Shown: positions 55,410 through 64,000, numbered from the stretch's first letter. The stretch is DNA of 64,000 bases from an uncultured Gemmatimonadales bacterium (GCA_963705985.1 CAVPLK010000004.1:200173-264172), one strand, 5' to 3'. The notes: generated from the sequence alone by a model not told the origin. Program-made: numbers and translations.

Positions 55410-57854
55410 TCAGTCTTTCCCATTCCCGCCTTGCGCAGGAGTGCGGACGTAGGTCCGCTCCGGCCACGGCACCGTGGGTGTGCCGCTGGGTCCAAAACGC
55501 GGTTCCTTGCCTTTCAGCTTCGCCTGGATCGCCTTCAGCACCTTCGGCGCGCTCATCGGCACCTCGTCGATCCGCACTCCCACCGCATCGTAGATCGCGT
55601 TGGCGATGGCCGGCATGACCGGATTGAGCGGCCCCTGCCCCGCCTCCTTGGCGCCGAACGGTCCGTTCGGGTCGGGATCCTCGATCAGGTAGGTGACGAC
55701 ATCGCACATTTCCATGGTGGTCGGGCTCTTGTACTCGAGCATCGACGGCCACTTGTGCACCAGACCGAGCTTCTCGCGATACGCCATCTCCTCCATCAGC
55801 GCCTCGCCGAGTCCCATGTACACGCCCCCTTCGACCTGGCCCATCACGAGCGCCGGGTTGATGCACTGCCCGATGTCATGGCCGATCCAGATCGTGGGCA
55901 CCCGCACGACGCCGGTCTCGGGGTCCACCTCGACCTCCGCCACCGCGGCGGAATAGCTGTACGCCGCAGAGGGACCGACGCCGGCGCCGCGATAGCGCCC
56001 GGGTGATCGCGGCGGCGTGTAGCTCCCCACCGCGCCCAGCGTTCCGTGCTTCGCCTCGGCGACGCCGAGTGCTTCACGAAAGCTCAGCCCGGTGTCTGGG
56101 TCCTGCGCGTCGAACACCCGCCGCCCGCCGAACACCAGCCGCTCCACCGGGACATCGAGCCTGGTCGCGACAGCGGAGGCGATCAGGTCGCGCACCCGCG
56201 TGGCGGCCTGCATCGCCGCCTGTCCGGTCATCAGCGTCACCCGCGAGGAGTAGCTGCCGAGGTCGACCGGGGTCAGGTCGGTGTCGGCGGTGACCACCTT
56301 GATGTCCGCCGGCTCGATGCCGAGGACCTCGGCGGTCACGTAGGCGAGGACCGACTCGGACCCCTGCCCGATGTCGGTGGACCCGCAGAAGACGGTGACA
56401 CCACCGCCCCGGTCACACTTGATCTGTGCGCCGGAGTGCGGCATGTCGTTCCAGTAAATCGGCAGCCCGGCGCCGGTGATATAGGAGGAGCAGGCCAGGC
56501 CAAGTCCTCGGCCGTAGGGCAGCTTCCGGAAACGCTTCTTCCAGCCCGAGCCCTCGACCACCTTGTGAATGCACGCCTCCAGGCCAACGGTGCCAAGCTG
56601 CAGCCAGTTGGCGGTGACCTCATTCGGCTTGACCAGATGCCGGAGCCGGAGCTCCGCCGGGTCCATCTTGAGCTCCTCGGCCAGTTTGTCGAGGTGCACC
56701 TCGACGGCAAAGCGTGGCTGCGTGGTGCCGTGCCCGCGCTTCGGCCCGCCCGGAGGCTTGTTGGTGAAGGCGCGGGCACCACGAAACCGATAGGTGGGCA
56801 CGTCGTAGGTGACCGTCTGCAACGCGCCGGTGTAGTAGAGCGAGGCAACGCCGTACGAGCCGTAGGCGCCACCGTCGAGGTAGGACTCGAAGTCCATGGC
56901 GGTGATGGCGCCGTCCTTCGTGACCCCGGTGCGGATCTTCATCAATGCCTGGTGCCGGCCGCGGTGGCAGTAGAAGACCTCTTCGCGCGTGAGGCCGATC
57001 TTGACGGGCCGCCCGGTCACGAGGCTCAACTTGGCCACGACGATTTCGTGGTTGAAGGGGTCGCTCTTGCCGCCGAACCCGCCGCCGTTCGGCGTGGCGA
57101 TGACACGAATCCGGGACGGGGCGAAGTCGAGCACCTTCGAGAGGGCGCGGTGGAGGTAGTGGGGAGTCTGGGTGCTGGACCAGACGGTGACGCGTCCGTC
57201 CGGAGTCGCGTGCGCGATGCTGGCGTGCTGCTCCATCGGGAGGTGGGTATTGCCCTCGTAGAGAAAGAGGTCTTCCCGAACCAGGTCGGCCCGCTGGAAT
57301 CCCTCGTCGAGTTCGCCGAATTGCAGGTGCACCAGCTTGTGCCAGTTGCCCTCATCGGCGTACGCGTGCAGCTGTGGCGACGGAAGGGCTGCCGCGTCGT
57401 CCACGGACGCCACGACCGGGAGTGGCGCGTAGGTCACATCGATCAGGCCGCACGCGGCGAGTGCCGTCTCCTCGTCGAGGGCCGCCACGGCGGCGACCGG
57501 GTCGCCGACGAAGCGGACCACGTCGGGGCAGAGGGCGTGCTCGTCCTGACTGACCGGGAGGATGCCGAAGGGAATCGGCAGGTCGGCGCCGGTGATGACC
57601 GCCTCGACGCCTGGCAGGGCCAGCGCGCGGCTGGCGTCGATCGAGAGGATGCGCGCGTGCGGGTGCGGACTCCGCAGCAGCTTGGACCAGAGCATGCGCG
57701 GCAGCACGATGTCGTCGGCAAACAGGGTTTGCCCCGCGACCTTTCCGGGTGCATCCGTCTTCGGTCGCGGTGTTCCTATCACCGCGTAGGCAGGCTCAGT
57801 CGCGGCGTCACCCCGGCGAAAGCCGGGGTCCAGGGTTCTTTCCTCAGTACCCAT
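55410..57854 (-). CDS. Molybdopterin-binding large subunit of a xanthine-dehydrogenase-family enzyme (HcrA-like)
   Basis: ...GTPRPKTDAPGKVAGQTLFADD...GGGFGGK...GQGSESVLA...PFGAKEAGQGPLNP. ATG 57854 has a GGGAGA RBS, but the alternative GTG 57782 would leave the repeat at 57807-57833 intercistronic. Confidence 0.9.
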   Translation of the reverse strand: MGTEERTLDPGFRRGDAATEPAYAVIGTPRPKTDAPGKVAGQTLFADDIVLPRMLWSKLLRSPHPHARILSIDASRALALPGVEAVITGADLPIPFGILPVSQDEHALCPDVVRFVGDPVAAVAALDEETALAACGLIDVTYAPLPVVASVDDAAALPSPQLHAYADEGNWHKLVHLQFGELDEGFQRADLVREDLFLYEGNTHLPMEQHASIAHATPDGRVTVWSSTQTPHYLHRALSKVLDFAPSRIRVIATPNGGGFGGKSDPFNHEIVVAKLSLVTGRPVKIGLTREEVFYCHRGRHQALMKIRTGVTKDGAITAMDFESYLDGGAYGSYGVASLYYTGALQTVTYDVPTYRFRGARAFTNKPPGGPKRGHGTTQPRFAVEVHLDKLAEELKMDPAELRLRHLVKPNEVTANWLQLGTVGLEACIHKVVEGSGWKKRFRKLPYGRGLGLACSSYITGAGLPIYWNDMPHSGAQIKCDRGGGVTVFCGSTDIGQGSESVLAYVTAEVLGIEPADIKVVTADTDLTPVDLGSYSSRVTLMTGQAAMQAATRVRDLIASAVATRLDVPVERLVFGGRRVFDAQDPDTGLSFREALGVAEAKHGTLGAVGSYTPPRSPGRYRGAGVGPSAAYSYSAAVAEVEVDPETGVVRVPTIWIGHDIGQCINPALVMGQVEGGVYMGLGEALMEEMAYREKLGLVHKWPSMLEYKSPTTMEMCDVVTYLIEDPDPNGPFGAKEAGQGPLNPVMPAIANAIYDAVGVRIDEVPMSAPKVLKAIQAKLKGKEPRFGPSGTPTVPWPERTYVRTPAQGGNGKD
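57807..57833 (+). repeat. Family 2 GNRA hairpin copy inside the hydroxylase operon
   Basis: GTCA-CCCCGGC-gaaa-GCCGGGG-TCCAG, identical to the 17438 and 25962 copies. On the minus strand it would be translated as LDPGFRRGD if ATG 57854 is used. Confidence 0.9.
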
Positions 57855-58392
57855 GAAGCGTCTCCCGTCTCGGCTCCGCTGCCTCTCCACGCATCCGTGC
57901 GGCGGCCAATGCAATCGCTTCGTAGATCTTGATGTAGCCGGTACAGCGGCAGAGGTTGCCGGAGAGCGCGAGCCTGATGTCGTCGCGCGTCGGGGTGGCG
58001 TTCTCCACGAGCAGCGCCTCCGCGGCCAGGAGGACGCCGGGCGTGCAGTAGCCACACTGCGCCGCGCCGAGTTCCACGAACGCCTGCTGCAGTGGGTGCA
58101 GGGTGGGCCCGTCGGCCATTCCCTCGATGGTCGACACCTCCTGCCCCTCCACCGCCTGCGCCAGCACCAGGCAGGAGAGGACCGGCACGCCGTCCAGCAG
58201 CACGGTGCAGGCGCCGCACTCGCCGAGTTCGCAGCCGTGCTTGGTGCCGGTGAGCTGCAGATCCTCGCGCAACAACTCGAGCAACGTGACATGCGGGCGA
58301 TACAATGCCTCGCGCGTCTCACCGTTGACGCAAAACGTGCCGCGCACCCGTTCCGGCGCGGGGGTCAGGAAAACCAGCGTCTCATCACTCAT
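57844..58392 (-). CDS. [2Fe-2S] small subunit of a xanthine-dehydrogenase-family enzyme (HcrC-like)
   Basis: GTKHGCELGECGACTV (plant-type 2Fe-2S) and QCGYCTPG...NLCRCTGY (second 2Fe-2S). Confidence 0.9.
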   Translation of the reverse strand: MSDETLVFLTPAPERVRGTFCVNGETREALYRPHVTLLELLREDLQLTGTKHGCELGECGACTVLLDGVPVLSCLVLAQAVEGQEVSTIEGMADGPTLHPLQQAFVELGAAQCGYCTPGVLLAAEALLVENATPTRDDIRLALSGNLCRCTGYIKIYEAIALAAARMRGEAAEPRRETLHGY

Positions 58393-58405
58393 CGTGCGGC
58401 CCCGA

Positions 58406-58726
58406 TCACAGTGGCTTGAGCTTGGCGAGTACATCGTCGACGACGGCCTGCGGTACCCGACCGGCAATCTCAGCCCCGCGCGCCTCCCAGTCGGCGCTCC
58501 GCAGGTGGTCCGCCAGCACGACCCCTGCCATCGGAAGGCCGGATGGAAGCGCCACCTCGAAGGGATACCCCTTGGCTTCCCGGCCAACGGCGCACATCAG
58601 CGCCAGCCCGGATCGCGCGTTGTAGAGAGCCGGCGAGACCACCAGCGCGGGACGCCGGAACGCCTTGCCACCGTCGCCGGGTTCGATGGTCACCCAGACG
58701 AGATCGCCGCGGTCCGGGGCTACCAT
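58406..58726 (-). CDS. mazF: MazF/PemK-family type II toxin (mRNA interferase)
   Basis: PDRGDLVWVTIEPGDG...RPALVVSP..YN...GLALMCAV....KGYPFEV...AGVVLADHLRS.DW. It ends 13 nt before the hcrC-like start. Confidence 0.85.
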   Translation of the reverse strand: MVAPDRGDLVWVTIEPGDGGKAFRRPALVVSPALYNARSGLALMCAVGREAKGYPFEVALPSGLPMAGVVLADHLRSADWEARGAEIAGRVPQAVVDDVLAKLKPL

Positions 58727-58959
58727 CCCTCGCGCCCCCTGGGACGCCCCCAGTCCGATTCCTGGTGTCGATTCTCCACGGTGATGCCGTCGACCAGCTC
58801 CTCGAGCGCGTATTCGCGGCTGGCCGCCACCAAGATGAGTCGGCCCTCACGCAGGGTCAGCTCGACCTCGGTACCCTCACCAAGCCCCAGTTCATCCGCG
58901 AACGGCTTGGGGAGCCTGACGGCTAAGCTGTTGCCCCATTTGGATATACGCGTTCGCAA
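58720..58959 (-). CDS. mazE: MazE/AbrB-family antitoxin
   Basis: ISKWGNSLAVRLPK (SpoVT/AbrB fold). TTG 58959 is preferred (GAGG 6 nt upstream, 79 aa). ATG 58986 is the ORF-track alternative. It overlaps mazF by 7 nt. Confidence 0.8.
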   Translation of the reverse strand: MRTRISKWGNSLAVRLPKPFADELGLGEGTEVELTLREGRLILVAASREYALEELVDGITVENRHQESDWGRPRGREGW

Positions 58960-59100
58960 TTGTCGCCTCAGATTAAGTAGATACATTAAAGATACACAAC
59001 ATAATGCCCCGGTACAAGTCGCTACCCACGCGCCAATTGTATCGACCCCCTATTAGGATTGAGCGAGTTCCTCCCCATTGCTACCACCGTGAGGCGCACG

Positions 59101-59634
59101 ATGACCAACCGGACCCGCGCAGCACTCCTTCCAGTCGCCGCCCTCCTCGCCCTCGCTGGCTGCACAAGACCGGCCGCGCCCGCCGCCGAGGCTCCGGAGT
59201 TCATGTTCGTGCAGCTCGCCGAGGACTTTCAGGCGGACACCGCGTCGAGCACACTCCGGCTGGGGGACGTGAGCAACCAGGTCGTCTACTTCTCGGATCG
59301 ACCCAATCGCATCGCGGGCCACCTCACGATGAAACAGTACCTGGCTGAATGGACCGCGGCGGCCGGGGAGGACAATCTGAGCGCGGATAATCCCAACGCG
59401 ACGCTTTCAGTCTATGAGGCAGGGAATCCCAACAACTCCATCGCCATCCTCGAAATCGGCAACCCGCACCTCGACGGAGCCGACATCGTGTACAGCTACA
59501 AACTGCTCGACGGGAGCATTCCCGCGAGCGGCGGCGCGACGGCCCTCTTCATCGACAAGGTCGGAGTTGGTGGCGGCGTCGGGGCGGGCTATCACGGCGT
59601 GGGCGTCGGCGGCCGGGGCCCGGGGGTCCGCTAG
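59101..59634 (+). CDS. Lipoprotein, unknown function, Gly-rich C-terminus
   Basis: Lipobox LLALAGC. ...VVYFSDRPNRIAGHL...DNPNATLSV... Tail VGVGGGVGAGYHGVGVGGRGPG. Confidence 0.55.
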   Translation: MTNRTRAALLPVAALLALAGCTRPAAPAAEAPEFMFVQLAEDFQADTASSTLRLGDVSNQVVYFSDRPNRIAGHLTMKQYLAEWTAAAGEDNLSADNPNATLSVYEAGNPNNSIAILEIGNPHLDGADIVYSYKLLDGSIPASGGATALFIDKVGVGGGVGAGYHGVGVGGRGPGVR

Positions 59635-59736
59635 CGGGCACGGGAACGCAGGGCGGGAGACTGTGCTTGCGCTTTCGGCGGGCAAGGGTACTGTAGTGTA
59701 GCCTGAAGGTTCCTTCACCTTTTCTCGGAAGCCCCC

Positions 59737-60366
59737 ATGAACAACGCGACTCGCTTGCTGGCCACACGGCCCTTGCGTTGCCTTCTCGCCGCAACCACCA
59801 TCGCACTGCTGACGACAGGCTCGGTCGCGCAGGCCCAGGGTGGCGCGTCGGGTCTCTCGCCGGAGTTGCAGACCGTGCGCGCCGGGCTGGAGAAATATCA
59901 GGACCCGATCGTGGCCGTGGCCGACGGGTTTCTCTCGACCCTCATCTGCGTGGACTTTCCGAAGGGCCACACCGATGGCAGCATGAACTATGTGGCCGGC
60001 GGCATGGGCGTCCATTTCCTCAACCTTGGAAACATCGGCCCGACCCTCGATCCGGCCAAACCACAGGTCCTTATTTATGAGCCGGTTGGCGACACGCTCA
60101 AGCTCGTGGCGGCCGAGTGGTTCGCGCCGGTAGCGGCTGTCGGGGACACTCCACCGTCGATTTTCGGCAAGCAGCTCGAGGGACCGATGGAGGGGCACGA
60201 GCCGATCATGCCGCCTGGCCTGCACCACTACGACCTGCACGTCTGGCTCTGGAAAACCAACCCTGCCGGCGTCTTTTCTCCCACCAACCCGGCCATCACT
60301 TGCCCGAAGGGCCCGTATTCCCACTCGGGAGAGCCACCCAAGATGGTGGGCGGCCACGCGCACTAG
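59737..60366 (+). CDS. Secreted protein, unknown function
   Basis: Signal peptide ...TTGSVAQAQ. LEKYQDPIVAVADGF...GGMGVHFLN...HHYDLHVWLWKTNPAGVFSPTNP. His-rich C-terminus. Confidence 0.55.
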   Translation: MNNATRLLATRPLRCLLAATTIALLTTGSVAQAQGGASGLSPELQTVRAGLEKYQDPIVAVADGFLSTLICVDFPKGHTDGSMNYVAGGMGVHFLNLGNIGPTLDPAKPQVLIYEPVGDTLKLVAAEWFAPVAAVGDTPPSIFGKQLEGPMEGHEPIMPPGLHHYDLHVWLWKTNPAGVFSPTNPAITCPKGPYSHSGEPPKMVGGHAH

Positions 60367-60429
60367 CCCGAAGGACCGCTGGGCCGGCGCGCCTTGTCCC
60401 CTGCGCGCCGACCCGGCACATTCCATCCC

Positions 60430-60765
60430 GTGAGTTCCCTGACCGCCCGACTCCGTTCGGCCCTGCTCTTCGGCCTCTTCCTGCTCGGAACGCTCGGCGT
60501 CCCGCTGGCCGATGCCGCCTTGTTTCATCGGGCCGGCCAGGACCCCTGCGCGGGGGTCACCCACGTCGAACCGCACGGCGGCTCGCATCACGCCGATCGG
60601 TGTTCCATCGCCCAGCCGGCCGCCGCGCAGCGCGCGGCCCTCGGCAGTGCCAAGGCCATCCGGGTCGCCCCATCATTGCCGGAACGCGGCCTCGCACCCA
60701 CCGCCGTCCTCCCCACGGACCTCGAGTCCACCACCCTCGAGCATTCCCGGGCCCCACCCGCCTGA
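60430..60765 (+). CDS. Small membrane-anchored His/Cys-containing protein (hypothetical)
   Basis: GTG 60430. TM segment LRSALLFGLFLLGTLGV, then DAALFHRAG.DPCAGVTHVEPHGGSHHADRC. Coding status is uncertain. Confidence 0.35.
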   Translation: MSSLTARLRSALLFGLFLLGTLGVPLADAALFHRAGQDPCAGVTHVEPHGGSHHADRCSIAQPAAAQRAALGSAKAIRVAPSLPERGLAPTAVLPTDLESTTLEHSRAPPA

Positions 60766-60840
60766 CCCTCCTCGACGCACCCTGCATGTGACATCGGAGC
60801 CATCGCACGCGGCTCTCCAACAACAGGAAAGAGGAGGCCT

Positions 60841-62233
60841 ATGCGGCTAGTCATCCGCACGGCACTCGTGATTACCGCCCTCGCCGGGGGCGTGTCGGCC
60901 AATGCCATGGGACAGGGAGTGCCCACCTCCACGGTGGACTCACTGCAACGGGCAGTGCAAACACTCACGGCCCGGCTCGATTCACTCGATGCCGGGTTCT
61001 GCCCCGCGGCCCCGCTCCCTCCACCGGCCCCGCCGAGGAAGACCGGCAACGCCGCGGTGGATTCGCTCGCCCTCACGGTCGCGTCGCTCACCGCCCGCGT
61101 CAACGCCACCGTAGCCGCGCGGTGCAACCTCGCCGCGACCCCGGCGGTGAGCGATGCGGCGGACCCGCTGGCCGCCATCCGCGCGGCAGCCGACAGCGCC
61201 GCCGCGGCCGGTGGCGTCCCCGTCACCCCCGACTCCGTGCCCGCCGCGCCGACCCAGTTCGTGAGCCGGCAGCGCGACCAGTCCGCCATGAACCCGGAGA
61301 TCTCCGCAACCGCGAACGTGCAGTTCTCCGCCGAAACGGGCGATGCAGGGACTGGCGCTCGAGCTCGCGGAAGTGGAGGTGTCGCTGCAGGCCGCGCTCG
61401 ATCCCTACTCGGCCACCAAGATCTACCTCACCTGGGGCGCGGAGGAGATTGGCGTGGAGGAGGCGTACATCTACTGGACGGGATTGCCCGGGAAGTTCCG
61501 CGCCGACCTAGGGAAATTTCGCATGGCCGTGGGCGAATTGAACCGCTGGCACCCGCACGCCCTGCCCGAGACGAACTATCCGTTGGTGTACCAGGCCTTC
61601 CTCTCCCCGGAGGGACTGGCCGGCACCGGTGCGAGCCTCTACACCATCCTCCCCGTCTCGCTCGTCGGCGGAACGTCCGAGATCTTCCTGCAGGGGGCCG
61701 CGGTCGAGAGCGAGCCGCTCAACGACGGCGGGTTCCAGCCCGCCTTGCTCGGCCGGCTGCAGAATTTCTGGCAGGTGTCGCGCAATACGTACATGGAACT
61801 CGGGTTCACCGGACTGGGCGCGCAGAACGGCGACTCCGGCCTCACCAGCAACCTCCTCGGCGCCGACCTGCGCTTCACGTACCGCCCGCCGAACGCCGGC
61901 AACCGGCAGGACATCACCTGGCGGACGGAAGGGTACCGGCTCCAGCGGGTTGGCCCCGACCCGACCACCACCCGGTACGGCATGTACTCCGACCTGAGCT
62001 GGCGCCTGAGCCGGCGCTGGATCGTCGGCGGCCGCTACGACTACGTGGAGGCGCCCACCGGGCCGGAGGATCCGACATGGCGCGTCACCGCCGTCGCTAC
62101 CTGGTGGCAGAGCGAGTTCGTGTACCTCCGCCTCCAGGCGTTCCGCAACCATCTCGAGTCCACCGGATCGCTCGACAACCTGACGCTCCAGGTCGTCTGG
62201 GCAATGGGTCCCCATAAACATGAGAACTACTGA
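60841..62233 (+). pseudogene. Outer-membrane beta-barrel protein associated with the metal ABC transporter, one frameshift at about 61349
   Basis: AAGAGGAGG RBS and signal peptide. MNPEISATANVQF...|LALELAEVEVSLQAALDPYS...LRLQAF...LQVVWAMGPHKHENY. The switch 1>2 is at the GGG run 61348-61350. Confidence 0.6.
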
Positions 62234-62234
62234 C

Positions 62235-63260
62235 ATGCGCTCTGCGACGCTGTTCCTTTTCGCCCTGCTCTGGGCAGCGCCCGCCGGGGCCCAGGTGAAA
62301 GTTGTCACCAGCCTGACCACCTACGGGTCCATCGCCCGGGAAATCGTCGGCGACCGCGGCACCGTCGCCTCCATCGCCCAGGGCGACGAGGATCCGCACT
62401 TCGTGCAGCCGAAGCCGAGCTTCGTGGCCCTGCTCCGCGACGCCGATCTCTTCGTGACCACCGGCCTCGATCTCGAGCTCTGGGTGCCCACCCTCCTCGA
62501 CCGCGCGGGGAACCGGAAGATCATGGAGGGAGCGCCGGGGTATGTGGCGGCGTACGTCGGCATCACGCTGCTGGAGGTGCCGACGTCCCTCAGCCGCGCC
62601 GGCGGCGACGTCCATGCCGACGGAAATCCACACCTCCATACCGACCCGATCAACGGGATCATCATCGGCCGGAACATCCTTACCGGCCTGACCAGGGTGG
62701 ACCCGGCCGGCGCCGAGTACTATCGCGCGCGAGAACTCGAGTTCGAGAAGAGGGTCCTCGAGGCCACGATCGGCAAGGAGCTGGTGGACGTGCTGACGCC
62801 CGCCACCGCGTTCAACCTTCTCAAGACGGGGCAGTTCGACGGGTTCGTCACGAAGACGATGCTGCACGGCAAGCCGCTCGCCGACCAGCTCGGCGGCTGG
62901 CTCCGGGCAGGCAGCGACTTCCGAGGCAGGGAAATCGCCTGTTACCACAAGGAGTGGTCCTACTTCGGCGTCCGGTTCCAGGTGACCTGCGTGGCCTACG
63001 TGGAAGCGAAACCCGGCATCCCGCCGACCCCGGGCCATGTCGAGGAGGTCATCGCCCTCATGAAGGCGCGGCAGATACCCGCCCTGTTCGCGTCCAACTA
63101 CTACCCGAAGTCACAGATCGACCAGGTCGCGGCCAAGACCGGCGCCACCGCAGTCGTCGTCCCGGAAAACACCTTCGGCGCGCCCGGCGTGACTACCTAT
63201 CTCGAGCTCGTCGATGCCTGGGTGAACAGCCTCGCCGCCGCCTTCCGAAAGAAGGGATGA
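62235..63260 (+). CDS. Metal ABC transporter substrate-binding protein (ZnuA/TroA cluster-9 family)
   Basis: Signal MRSATLFLFALLWAAPAGAQ. VKVVTSLTTYGSIAREI.G......SIAQGDEDPHFVQPKPS...GGDVHADGNPHLHTDP. Confidence 0.85.
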   Translation: MRSATLFLFALLWAAPAGAQVKVVTSLTTYGSIAREIVGDRGTVASIAQGDEDPHFVQPKPSFVALLRDADLFVTTGLDLELWVPTLLDRAGNRKIMEGAPGYVAAYVGITLLEVPTSLSRAGGDVHADGNPHLHTDPINGIIIGRNILTGLTRVDPAGAEYYRARELEFEKRVLEATIGKELVDVLTPATAFNLLKTGQFDGFVTKTMLHGKPLADQLGGWLRAGSDFRGREIACYHKEWSYFGVRFQVTCVAYVEAKPGIPPTPGHVEEVIALMKARQIPALFASNYYPKSQIDQVAAKTGATAVVVPENTFGAPGVTTYLELVDAWVNSLAAAFRKKG

Positions 63261-63264
63261 GCCG

Positions 63265-64000
63265 ATGCTCGACCTGATCCTGCCGCCGCTGGCGGCCTGC
63301 ATGGTGATCGTGGCCATCCACTCCTACCTCGGCCTCCACATCATCGCGCGCGAGGTCATTTTCGTGGATCTCTCGCTCGCGCAGATGGCGGCGCTCGGCT
63401 CGACCGTGGCCATCTTTGCCGGCTCCGAGCCCGGTTCGACGATGTCCTACGTCTACGCGCTCGGGTTCACCACCATCGGCGCGGCGCTCTTCGCGCTCAC
63501 CCGCACCCACAACAAGGGACGGGTGCCGCAGGAAGCGATCATCGGCATCGTGTACGTCGTCGCGTCGGCGGCGGCCATCCTCGTGGCCGACCGCGTCCCC
63601 CGGGGAGGCGAGGCGATCAAGGACATCCTGGTGGGCAGCCTGCTCTGGGTTACCTGGCCCGCCATTCTCAAGATGGCGGCCGTGTACGCCGCGTTGGGTG
63701 TGTTCCACTTCGTCCTGCGGAACCGCTTCCTTACCATCTCCTTCGAGCCCGCAACCGCGCTCGCCAAGGGATGGAGCATCCGGTGGTGGGACTTCTGGTT
63801 CTATTTGAGCTTCGGCGTCGTCATCACCTTCTCGGTCCCGATCGCGGGGGTGCTGCTGGTCTTCTCCTTCCTCGTGGTTCCCGCCGCCGCCGCGTTCCAG
63901 TTCACGAGCAACCAGAAGTATCTGGCCGTCACGTCGTGGCTGACCGGCATTCTGGCGTCGGCCGCTGGCATCGCCGTCTCGTTCAAGTACGATCTGCCGA
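63265..64000 (+). CDS. Metal ABC transporter permease (ABC-3, ZnuB/TroC-like), 3' end cut by the window
   Basis: My own translation from ATG 63265 (absent from the ORF track because there is no stop): MLDLILPPLAACMVIVAIHSYLGLHIIAREVIFVDLSLAQMAALG...VVPAAAAFQF... It is open to position 64000. Confidence 0.85.
   Translation, partial: MLDLILPPLAACMVIVAIHSYLGLHIIAREVIFVDLSLAQMAALGSTVAIFAGSEPGSTMSYVYALGFTTIGAALFALTRTHNKGRVPQEAIIGIVYVVASAAAILVADRVPRGGEAIKDILVGSLLWVTWPAILKMAAVYAALGVFHFVLRNRFLTISFEPATALAKGWSIRWWDFWFYLSFGVVITFSVPIAGVLLVFSFLVVPAAAAFQFTSNQKYLAVTSWLTGILASAAGIAVSFKYDLP

Noticed and set aside
55100-55495. ORF 55100..55495 (minus strand) as a fourth subunit of the hydroxylase.
   Set aside because: It overlaps both flanking genes, has a low-complexity Arg/Ser/Pro-rich translation, has a lower third-position GC by my manual count, and shows no motif. 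The spacer itself is kept as an open question.
58406-58986. mazEF as a marker of a genomic island or mobile element.
   Set aside because: There is no integrase, transposase, tRNA target or flanking direct repeats, and the neighbouring genes are ordinary metabolic genes.

Overview
High-GC bacterial chromosomal window. The many lipoproteins, Tat signals and a sigma-54 system suggest a Gemmatimonadota-like soil lineage, but that is inference only. I can support about 65 protein genes. I found no rRNA, tRNA, CRISPR array, transposase or integrase. Gene order: FAD-oxidase 3' end, thyA-folA; an operon of two Ddl-like ATP-grasp ligases, a GNAT and a KamA-family aminomutase; DUF962. Next is a periplasmic sugar-oxidation locus: TIM-barrel isomerase, AP-superfamily enzyme, GMC flavoprotein with Tat small subunit, two Gfo/Idh/MocA, an NHS-type MFS and DUF1080. 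Then an NTF2-like lipoprotein and a rhomboid, followed by a Cu/Ag island (small His/Met/Cys protein, cusCBA, P1B ATPase with a CPD motif). After that come a methyltransferase and a sulfide operon (ArsR-rhodanese, DsrE, SQR-like), then lipoprotein, membrane protein, DEDDh exonuclease, family-5 SBP and PspC. A sigma-54 promoter drives lipoprotein / pseudo-receiver EBP / lipoprotein / TPR. The rest is an EF-G paralog, GAF histidine kinase-udk, an octaheme cytochrome-TPR fusion, a multidrug RND operon coupled to an Omp85-family gene, mazEF with an HcrCAB-like molybdenum hydroxylase, and a metal-uptake locus (OM barrel, ZnuA-like SBP, ABC-3 permease, cut by the window end). Points of most interest: (1) the sigma-54 cassette; (2) the ATP-grasp x2/GNAT/aminomutase cassette; (3) families of intergenic hairpins and 7-8 nt G-rich tandem arrays placed just after stop codons; (4) about 23 single-base frameshifts, about 20 of them between 4.7 and 11.1 kb and mostly 1-nt insertions in C/G runs, so probably an assembly artefact but untested. 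Every functional call comes from reading motifs in the supplied translations; no database search was run.
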